A stretch of 64,000 nucleotides of DNA from Leptogorgia sarmentosa. Taxonomy: Eukaryota. The DNA is taken from the NCBI GenBank assembly GCA_964658305.1, contig OZ210884.1, forward strand, positions 5,518,001-5,582,000. Direction: 5' to 3'. Both the position numbers and the translations under genes were made by a program. The notes beneath the pieces were generated by a model, which made no database searches, was not told the DNA's origin, and saw only the letters and a program-made list of their open reading frames with translations. Shown here in pieces: positions 25,767-36,800 of this stretch; positions within the stretch are counted from its first letter, which is position 1; each line of letters starts with the position of its first letter.

Positions 25767-28700
25767 CTAGACGTTGGTGGGGTTTGGACGATTTTTCTCG
25801 CCATTTCGTAACATTCCCGCTGTTTCATCTTCTTCAGATCCTTCAGGCAGACCAAGTTGTTGTAATCTTTTCCTTTCTTTTTCTTTCTTCTTTTCTTCAT
25901 CTTTTTTATCTTGCTCTTGTCGTCGGCGATTCAATTCCTTCTGGTAGAATTGCTCAAAGTTGGATACCACGACAGGCACTGGCAATGCAATACTTAGCAC
26001 CCCTGGAAACACATTTCAATTTCAATTGACTTTGTCAGTTTCGAATATTTTACATGGAAGATTTTTGATCACGGATATCTTACATTATGTTGGGAAAATA
26101 ATTTCCAATAATTTGATTGACCAAGGTAATTATGCTGTTCGGTATGAAGGTTATTGTCTCAGTCATAGTACACATGACATTAATATGCACAATAAGCTTC
26201 AAACATGGATTTTAAAATACGCAGAAATGTTAATGCAGCATAATGAAATTAAATTGAAATTAAAAAAATCTCTTTTCTCGTACATTTTCATATCTCACTC
26301 TCTAAATAGAGTCCCAAAATTAAATGATAAGGCAACTGAAACATGAAATTATAAATTCAAAGTTTTCAAAGTATTTATCGGTACAGAGCAAAAGTCCGTC
26401 ATTTCCAAAACTGTCCTCTAACAACTCTCTTCATTATGAATGTTTTTAATGGTAGGTCGCTGTTAAAATATCTTAAATAAAAGTTTTCCAAACGTTTTAC
26501 GTGAAATAATATTCTTCTCAAAATGTTTTCATTTCAATTAGCCATACATTTATCACTATAAATTAATCACAATAATTATACTATGTGAAAACAACCAGGG
26601 TGCATGCTTACTGGATCAAACCCCTTCCATTGACGTACCTGCAATCACGCACAAACCACCTGTAACTTTTCCAAAGAATGTCGTTGGATATACATCGCCA
26701 TATCCTACAGTTGTCATGGTAACAATGGCCCACCAGAAGGAATGAGGAATACTTTCAAATCCAGAGTCTGGAGAGAAAAGCATTTCCATCACATTTTAAA
26801 ATTATATACAACTTCTCATAAATTAAAAAAATTAAGAATCCAAAATGATTATGATATTTTCTAAGAAGATTATGCCTTAATATTGTCTGTACCTGTAACT
26901 TGCGACTATAGTTTTTCGGTTTCCCGGCTAACATTATTTTAAAGATTTTAATCTCCATCGAAAGCAGAAATACTCAATATCACAGAATTTACAAAGTATA
27001 TTAATCAAGTCAATTATATTAGGTTATTTTTTTCTAATATGAAATTATTCTATTTTGTATTCAATGGAGGTTAAGTCGATATTTCATCAAGCATGGGATC
27101 ACATCATTTAGCTACGTGAATTAAGCAACCGGCGATGATCGTTCAGAAATGTGATTTACGTTTTTGAAATGTTTTTGCCTTATTAGACACCTTTTAATTT
27201 TGTCAACTTCTCTCGTGATACGGACAAACAAAACGTCTCATGACGCGACAACAAATACAATGTGGGCAAACCTTGTATAAACACCGTTATAAATGCACGT
27301 TACTTCCACCATGGGAAAATAAATCATTATTTACGAGTATGTAATGTATAAATTGAAAACTAAATATGCCTCGCCCGCGACAAACGTGACCACGTTAATG
27401 TTTTCAAGTAACAAATTGGCTGCTTGCAGTCACAGAAGAGACGTGGTCACATAATGAAATTTTGTGTTCGTTACAGGAACACCTAAATTATATTCAGATC
27501 ATTTTAAAATCATCGTCTGATATTACTAGTCCCGAATTGCGTTGCACAGTTGGAGCAAAATTTTAAACAAATCAATATACTATTCAACCACGACCATTAA
27601 GAACTACAAAATGGTTAGATAAATTTGGATCAACCTGGATCTTAAATAGGTATTGTACCAATGACCTACCTTCTCCGAGCTCGGCATAGTAAACACAACT
27701 TCCAAATATCATCACGCCAATGAAAAGGAAGAATCCCAACATAACAAGTTCACTAAATGATGAACGTAACGTGTTTCCCAAGATCTGAAGACCACGCGAA
27801 TGTCGTGACAGTTTGAACACACGAAACACGCGAACAACACGAACTACACGAAGCACGTCGATACTTCCTCCGATATCTGGAACGATAATAAAACATCCAT
27901 GTTTAATCATGCATGACAATAACGCTACAAGAATTAGTATTGGATGGTAAATTGCTTTATTCGGCGCGAAAGAATGTTAGAAAAATAGTGAGTGTAACCA
28001 GTACGCTACGCTCTTCTATGCATGATGCGCAAAACCCAGACTGGAGGCGATAATGCAAAGTCCAATCTTGAGGGGATAATGAAAGATGGCTATAGGAAAT
28101 GGTACAGTTATACCATTTTTATGCCGACAATAACATGCCTTTGTATTTCGTAACAATTATGTTTCAAGTTGTAGGAAGAAAATTTTGTTCCCAATAAACT
28201 TAAAGTCTGAACTTTTATCTTTTTGCTAAATATACTACATTGCATCCAAGCACATTCATTACCGCCTCATACTGTTATAGCTATAAACCTAAGCTCAATG
28301 CTTCTGACTGTATATATCATCTGGAAATAAAAATTCTTCAAACTATTGAATGATCGTCTTGCGTATTTAGTTGAAATATGCTGGCTGAATACAGTCAAAC
28401 TTTATGCGACATGAATTCAACGGTTATAAAATGAATAATTCAATGTCTGAACTATTCGGGACATATGAAGAATACAAAATATGCAATGTACCTTGAAGTG
28501 CTAGTGTGACGTAGAATGGAAGAATGCTTAGCATGTCGATGATATTAAGTGGAGCTACAAGGAACTTGGCGATGTTTGGACAAGTAAGTAGACGAATGAC
28601 AAACTCTGCGGTAAACCAGCCGATGATGGCACAATTCATTACAAACCAGACTCGTTCATAAGGGTTCACATAGTTATCTTTCTCAGGACAAGATGTTATA

Positions 28701-29332
28701 TTCCCCGGACAGTCTGGAGGTGGTGGATTGAAGACTGGCATCGTTTCCAAACAGAAGATTACCAGTGATGCTGATATGATGATGACTGATAGAATAGCCA
28801 GTATTTTTGCAAGCTTAGAGGTGTCAGGGTATTCCATAGTTTCCCAAATCATTTTGCAAAATTCGTTACTTGGCATTGGACGCTCTTCTTCCTCGTCTAA
28901 GACACCACTTTCGATTTGGAATTCATCCACAACCTCTTCTGGGAGTTGAAAAAAGACGCATTCTTTGAAAAATACATGCACAGGGACGGAATCCGGCCTG
29001 ATAAGAGAGCCATTGCTTTGATAGAAATATAAAATCGCGCCAAATGATCCTCGGTGTCTGTCAAAGAAGTATTCCCCGGTGCTTGAGTTGAAGTACTCGC
29101 CTCTTCTTGATGATGAGCCAAGAAGAGTGTTAGGAAAAAATTCCAATGTCTCTTCAAATGTTTCAAACCGTTTCCCGCTTACGTTTATAGTGATAAGTTT
29201 GCCAGTAGCTTGATATTCAGAGCGTCCGGTAGCCTCCATGAGTGCACTGTGTGCTGTTAGCGTGTTGGTTAACAAGCGACTTATGGCAGAATCATTGCCA
29301 GGCACTCGAGATGCGTTTATTGTTGATATCAT
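25767..29332 (-). CDS. KCNA: Voltage-gated potassium channel, Shaker/Kv1 family, ~470 aa, 4 coding exons
   Basis: Exons 29332-28492, 27876-27670, 26767-26639, 26002-25767, with all introns phase 1 and GT-AG. T1 domain ([10 protein letters not shown]...[19 protein letters not shown]), S4 [23 protein letters not shown], pore [16 protein letters not shown]6 [12 protein letters not shown]-terminus PTNV*. The start codon is the first in-frame ATG and is inferred. Confidence 0.96.
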
Positions 29333-31491
29333 CGTGATTCCACAAGCAAATATTTTCCAATCTTTTGGTAAAATATTATTGCAATCACGCAACACTACCT
29401 GCTAACCTCCTGCTAACCTTGCTATAAGCAGTGAGTTACGTTTCCTTCACTTAATCACTGAAAAACGTTTCAAACGAACGAACATAATCTTTGCGCCACA
29501 GTTCTTTCTGAAATGGCGGTTTGACGTGAAATGCGGTGAAGAAATACATGGGCCAATCGTCTGTATTTTCTCATATAATGCATCCCCGCATGCATGTTTG
29601 AATTTTGTTTTCAAACCGAGTATGCTGGTAGGACAATTAAAAAATGATTAATATTTAACTATTACAACCACAATCGCTTGATGGCTTCTTACGAAAGATC
29701 CAGAGATAGAATTTTCTTTCAGAAAAAGTCTCACAAAAATTTGGCTAATGATTGGTTTCACACTTGATTGCGTAATTCAATTTCTTCAGACGCGAAAGTC
29801 TGTGATTCTAATCTACAACAAAAATATTCCGCAACTGTAAGGAAAATTTAGCTATTAAAAATTAACAAACCGAAAACCTTAATGAAAATTTGAAACACAT
29901 TCAGCAATAGGGGGCTCATGGATTCAATCTCCGTTCCTGATATCCAATGTCATAAAAATTTACTTTTCTCTAACGCTCAATATCAAAAACAAATGTCTAA
30001 ACCTATAGACCAGACTTAATAAAAGGTCAATTATTGAACGCGATTTAATTAGTCTTTAAGGCTTGTTGCCATGGAGACTAACTATTTCATTTTGTGTACA
30101 GAACACCCTATCGATACAAGGGCAACATAGTATTGTGTATCACAAACCCAATGAATATAATTTATGTACTAAAGATGTTATTTATTTATGTTTATCACGA
30201 AATTAAATATACACCTCCGCTTTGCTGCGGTTCAAAACATTTTTTATTTTTGAAAGATTAATCGTATTTCTATTTTTACTCGTAGCCTCATTTCTTTCTT
30301 TTATACTCCTGCAAAAGACGTTCTTATGTAGTAGCTAGGTGCATGTATTTCTAATTAAATTCCTGACCTACACACATACATACAAGAATTCAAAATTCTG
30401 CAAGATTAATTCTTTGCATAACACTGTTGATTGAATTGTTGAATGTTACAGTGTGATTAGATGTTTCGTCTTCAAACCCGAAACGTTTAGCAACTCCTGG
30501 GGTGTCGTCAGATAAACTTCAATGTTTAGCCACTCTAGTTAGCTAGTAACAATGATATCAAACCCTACTCTTGAGACATTGAATTCAATCTATTCACACG
30601 GCGATTTTATCACCAAACGAGTTTTATCTCCAGACAAAACCTATCAGATGATAAAGTCTATACTTTCTGTGTAAAATACTTGATGATTGTACTACAGCAT
30701 CAACCAGAAAGAGTCATTGATTGTAGGAGTATTTTTATACGTCATACGAAACATGACAACCTGCAAAACACCAATACTGATGCAGCTCTGCCTTAAAAAA
30801 TTTAAATATATTCAAATGTGTGTAGACGGAGATTTCGGGAAGTAAAAGAGTTTTAATCTATTCATAAAATGAATTTTTAATGAAAATATTGAACATTATA
30901 CTAATCTATAAACTGCACCTCCTCTTTTTTAATAAATAGTTTTGCTTTTCCTGCAGATGTACAAAGTTCGGCTGTCATAGTGACGCCCCTTATGGCTGAA
31001 GAGGCAGGGAAATATTGAAGGATGTTTTACTGTACGTACACACATGCATGCCGTTGGAATGACTCAGACCGATCGCCCATGTTTATTTATGCAGTAATCA
31101 ATTGTGATATATGAGCCAACACAGCTACAGAATTTTCCTTGTGGTTTTATATTGTTCCAAGAACAATCGTTGTACAGATGCTATCGAATTTATCATAACT
31201 TGGAAAGTAGTAATTTGCATCTAGACCAGCTCTGGCCTGTAATGTTATTCCGTGTCCATTAAAATCACTACCCTATAGTTTCCTTTAAATTGATAGCACA
31301 ACAAACAATTGAGAACAAATCACAGATGTTACACACGATTGCAAAAAATCTTAATCTGGGGTTTTTCAAATGTCAGTATGCGTGCTGCAAAATTTGAAAA
31401 TTATCAACAAAGGAGATTTTGAAGGGTATTTATTATCAACAATTTTTCTAAAGATTTTTTATATTTCCGTAGCTACAACCTTTTAGTGTTT

Positions 31492-32304
31492 TTAATCCCT
31501 ACTAAATGGCACTGCTTTAAAATTTACAAGATCTTGCAGAATGATGCTTTCATAATGATTTACGTCACTTAAGAATACTGAGCCACTTTTCTCTGTAAGA
31601 ACATTTTCTTCTCTGGCACTCTCATCACTATCAAAATGACAGATTAGTTTCTTGGGGCCAGCGTCACTATAACAGTTTTGTATCGCTGGACGTTGACTGT
31701 TACTCGATATTGATTCTCGTGCTTTCAGTGAAGGCAATGTTTTGAAATGTGTTTTCATGTTGTCATTATTTTTTCTATTTTCAGTTGTCCCAGATGTTGT
31801 TAACAGTATACTTGGCACTCGTGTCTCAACCATGTTAGAATGTAGTTCTCGTTTGGATGTTATTTTGTCTTTTTTTCTGGTGTAAGGTCTACGTATGTTC
31901 AAATCACTCCAAAAGTTCACTTCGTCACTGCTTGGCTCACCGTAAGCACATCCAAATGGTGGATGAATTTTGAACTGCTGTCTCTTTCTCGGAAAAGATT
32001 GTAATTTTGAAATGTTTGTCGAACTTGGAAGTCTGCCTCTATGTGACTGTGATTCAAAGCACGCTATATTTCCATTGCAATCATTTCTGATCATTCCTTG
32101 TGATGGGTTCAATAAATTTTTGCGTTTCTTCCCATTCTCCAAATGTCTACAACAACAACGACTTGTCAGCGCTGGAAATTCGTTCTGGAACAGGGATTTA
32201 TTCCTCTTTAAATATCCGGTCAAATATTTTTGTTTACAGTCAAAGTGATCCCTTTTTAATATCGCTTCCACATTTTCATTCATTCGGGTGATACATATTG
32301 ACAT
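31492..32304 (-). CDS. Uncharacterised single-exon ORF, 270 aa, hydrophilic/basic
   Basis: ATG-to-TAA ORF of 813 nt in AT-rich DNA, on the same strand as its neighbours. No domain recognised. Confidence 0.6.
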   Translation of the reverse strand: MSICITRMNENVEAILKRDHFDCKQKYLTGYLKRNKSLFQNEFPALTSRCCCRHLENGKKRKNLLNPSQGMIRNDCNGNIACFESQSHRGRLPSSTNISKLQSFPRKRQQFKIHPPFGCAYGEPSSDEVNFWSDLNIRRPYTRKKDKITSKRELHSNMVETRVPSILLTTSGTTENRKNNDNMKTHFKTLPSLKARESISSNSQRPAIQNCYSDAGPKKLICHFDSDESAREENVLTEKSGSVFLSDVNHYESIILQDLVNFKAVPFSRD

Positions 32305-32854
32305 GACGTCAAAATAGCTTCTTTAGTCTGATGCGGATGACACTGCCCAGCTTTTATTGCTTCAAATACACTGCGAACCAAAACGTAAGAAGGTCAAATA
32401 TAAGAGTCTTGCCATTATTTTTTTCGTTTTTGTAATATATACTACTTGTAACTATGACGGCTGAACCACCTGCTAAATTTTCATTAAAAAATCTGACAAA
32501 TGAATATTTTAAAAATTTGCAATCTTTAGTTTTCAGCATTTGTAAGTTCATTCAAAAAGGGGAATCTCTGAAGCTGTTTTCATTATTGCTTTTTCAAATG
32601 TAATTTCTTAATTTTTGGAATGTTTGAAAATTTAGGCATATCTTCGGCATGAAACTGGATCGACTTGATTGACGAGATCAGACCTGCTGTCTAATGCAAG
32701 CTTCGGGCTCATGTATATGTTCAAGTGCATGCATATTATGAATGTTAAGATAATAAAACAAATTTCAATAGCAAAGTAAGAACATGGAGTAAATGAATTT
32801 ATTTATAAGTCAAAATTTAACAATTTCGATAATTCATTTTGATATTGTAATAAT

Positions 32855-33078
32855 TATGGGTCAGACACACATCGTGAATTTTTCCTTCACATGCTTTCGA
32901 CCATCTGAACGAAATATCTGCTGACATTGATATGGTTAAGGAAAGCATGCGAAAATTACGATGACAGAGAGGCGGCAAAAATGAACAAAGCGCGGAATGG
33001 AAAAGGCATGATTATGATTTTCACAAAATAATTTTTGCTCAATAAATGCCATCATCTCAAATGAGTCTGAACCCATAA
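32855..33078. mobile_element. Possible MITE (TTATGGGTCAGAC / GTCTGAACCCATAA ends)
   Basis: Imperfect inverted termini ~220 bp apart. Confidence 0.45.
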
Positions 33079-33881
33079 TCTCTAAATAAGTTAAATAGTA
33101 TACAACTAAAATATTTACTTAAAAATATTGCGCACAATTACTTAAAAATTACTTGATCCTGATCGTTATTCCATATATCGTGGTATATGTGCAATACTGA
33201 AAAATTAGACTACCAAATAGCATATATATAGTTACACTTTACAACAAGTTACATCAATTCCTTTGAATTTACTGCTTGCTTTAACAATGTCAATGAGTAC
33301 AACCTCTTTGGAAAAAAATTGATAATTGTGCTTTCACATATTCCAGAGATTGTATCACCAAGCATCACTTTAATGCTTATTTGTACTCGCAATCGTATTA
33401 TTTTTTACCAATACTTATTTTGTTACAAACTAATTCCTGCCATAAAAACGTTTAATAAATAATCCGAAAAATGTTCAAAGCTAATTTGGGGCAAGTTAGA
33501 AACAAATAGTTAGCTACATGAAAACTATTTATTAGCCTCCAATTTTAACGGGCAGAGTTTAAGCGCAGAGTTTACTCACTTCGCCTCGATTACAACCGAA
33601 TATAAAATGCAGGTTGGAAACATGGCGTTTATAATAAGATCGGTTTGGTTGCTCTTCACCCTTATCTTTTAGCAATCATTTTTCGCCATGTCGCATTTTT
33701 ATTGAATAATTACTTTTTGTTCCAGGCAGTATATCTGAAATTTTTTTCCTTCCTGTCACAATAAATATCTTGCAAAATGGCCAGTAAAACCCCTTCATGA
33801 CAGGTCTCGATAAATATGCTAAATTTACTAAATAGTACAGTACAACAGATTAACATAAGCGTCCAAATGTGCCTTAAATAT

Positions 33882-36800
33882 TTAGATACCATTTGTTTCT
33901 CTTAAAGTCATTTCACCAAACTTTCCTTTTTCGTAATATCCTTTGCCATCACAAACGTTGCAATCTAGGTGGTCTTTAGTTTTACCTCGGAACACATTTT
34001 TGATTTGTCTTGCAATGGGTAATAATGACCCCGTTTCACCCTCAGGTCCTATCATTGCCATCACGGTAGGGAACAGAAATATTGAATACAAAATTGAAAA
34101 TCCAATTGTTGCAAATATAAAAATCCCGAACTGGACAAAGAACAACACTTTGGCAGCCAACATAAATATTGAAGCACCAAGTGTGGAGCAAGCACCAGAT
34201 AACACAGAAACACCAACATGTGACAAAGCATAACGAACTTTCTCTGATCTTGTGCTGTGATGGGACTGGATATAGCCTTCCGCCAAATGCACAACATAAT
34301 CAACCGCCAAGCCTACAATTAAGGTAAGATTTAACGAGACAAGCGGTCCAAGTTTCCAACCAATCATGTTTACGATTCCAAGTACTGTACACGTGATCAG
34401 CGCAATCACAAATGTTGCTAAAACACCAACAATGACGTTTGTAGAAGTTAAAATTAAGATTACAAGAGCCAAGGATATTCCAATAACGATTCCTGTCATT
34501 GCGTTCAGAACAAGAATCTAAAGAGAGATATATTGTTCTCAAAATAAATGAGGAAATTATTCAACGAAGGTTAAATGTGAAATTCTTTATTTATTTAAAG
34601 CGCACGGCATAAAACCCGCCTCCGCTTTTTACAATACATAATTAACTACACCAAAAATCCATCCATTGTTGTTGCATACGAATTGAAACGGATCTTACAA
34701 CAGCTGACAAAAAAACTTTTCCTTACCTTCTGAACTTTCATCCAATGCCATACATTAAAACCATACTTTACAGTTGCTTGAAATGCATTGTTACACGATG
34801 AAGGAAAGTTTTCCATCTACAAAAAAAAACACACAAGTTATAAATTGAAAATTTTCACGCTGACAACTTACAACTTTTCTCACAAAATAAGTTGCCTAAT
34901 AGGGTTGGGCTTAACATACCTTGTCGGATACAAATTTCTCCCAGTCATTGTAAATAGGCAAACCCTCCTCATAACCAAGTGACAAAGGATTTACTGTTGT
35001 ATTCACAGCAATTGAGACATAAGCAAGACGATGACCATATAGATTTCCTACAAAGAAAACCAACCGTGGTTATAAGCCGTGCACAAGCATTTTCAAATGT
35101 GTTGGGACAGATTCACCCAATACACATCATTTTCTCGAACGCCACTACCACACGTCCCCTTTTCATTTCCCACTTTTAATACAAATAGATTATAATAGGC
35201 CAATTTTAATTTGAAAATGATTGTGAAGATTTGTGGTGGCGAGTTATGTTTGAGAGTGATGATATAACGGTATTTCGTGAAGTTAGTTTATTAACAAAGG
35301 TCCGTTCACATGAGGGGTATTTTGCTGCAATTTTCTCCTTTTGATAGATGTGAACGAGTGGATTAATAACGAATGTGCTGAGATGCTTCCTTGGATAAAC
35401 ATTCGTGATTGGTTTACTCGTTCCCATCTATCAAAAGGCGAAAATCGCATTAGAAGTCGCAGCGAAATCGCCTGTTCGAACGGGCTTTTACTTGCCTTGC
35501 AGAGGCATGGTTTTTGATGCATTTCTTGCTGTTGGGTCAGTTGCTGCTCCTAATAGACTTGAATATTCCTTAAAGTCGTACGTTGAAGCGTATGAAGGAG
35601 AGAATCCGTCAGTTATGAAATATCCAAGACCAATTTCAAAATAACGATAGTATGAATCAGGAAGAAGGGAGATATTATTATACAATTGAGGGTTATATTT
35701 CATCAAAGCTTGCATCTTTTTGGAGTTAATCACGAATGAAAAATCCGATACTTCGAGATTTGTATATTTCGGTTTTTGTGCCTCCTCCTAAAACGATAAT
35801 AAAAACTGTCAGATATATCCTGTACTTGGAGCCGGTTGTATCAAAGACGTTTAGCTTAAACGGTGGATAAACAAAATTTTAAAAACATTTCCTATTCGAT
35901 TTGTAAATAATTGAACCTAAATTTATCAACCAAATGTGTATAGTTCTAAGCAGAGTTGTCATGTTTAGACAGAAAAATTTAGTTTCCTTGTAGTCAAGGG
36001 TTTATAAACTTGTTCGATATTTTTTACTTATCCACCGTTTAAGCTAAACGCCTTTGACATGCCTTCGTTTTTTTCCCTGTAGTCTCTGATTTTACAAACC
36101 TTTAAATATTCATCCATTCTTTCAAATACACATTTTATTTCAACTTCTCCAGTGACTTCATTTCGCCTTAACTTCAATGTATCCTCTTGTTCACGAGATG
36201 GAGATTTTAGCTCTTTGCACAAATTCTGAAAACATTTAAACAGTACAGGTAGTCACATGTGATGGAATGCAACTAAAGAGCAACACTATACACAGCAAAA
36301 AATGAACAACTCCGTTTCCAGTGTTGATGAAAAGAGCAACAATGTTCTGCTACCCATATTATATTGTCCACGGTTGTAAACAATATTGCTCAGAATTGTT
36401 GCACCAAATTCAGGCCCAAAAATATTGGTAATATTCAACATTTCTTTAATATATTGTATAAATGCTATACGATTTGATCAAATTATTTTCTTGATCTGAC
36501 GGTTTTCCTAGCCACCACCCCCACTTTTATTTCTGACAGGCCACAGCCCTCGCCCCCGCCCCCCCCCCCCCCCCCCCCTTCCTCCCATGGCCGCTAACAC
36601 TGATTGCACCATTGTGAAATTTCAAAAGAATAAATGTATGTGTTGGTAATGAACCTACCAACATGGCGATCTGGCAAGGTGGAGGATTGAGATCAAAACT
36701 TCGATCAAATACAGTTTTTCCTTTACATTTAAAGTCAGTATGATGACATTCACTCCGATCTTGGTCCTTTAGCCCCCAGATGATGTTAACGACAAGATTT

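Noticed and set aside
25960..26346. 128-aa plus-strand ORF
   Set aside because: It is antisense to the Kv1 last exon and intron, with no independent support.
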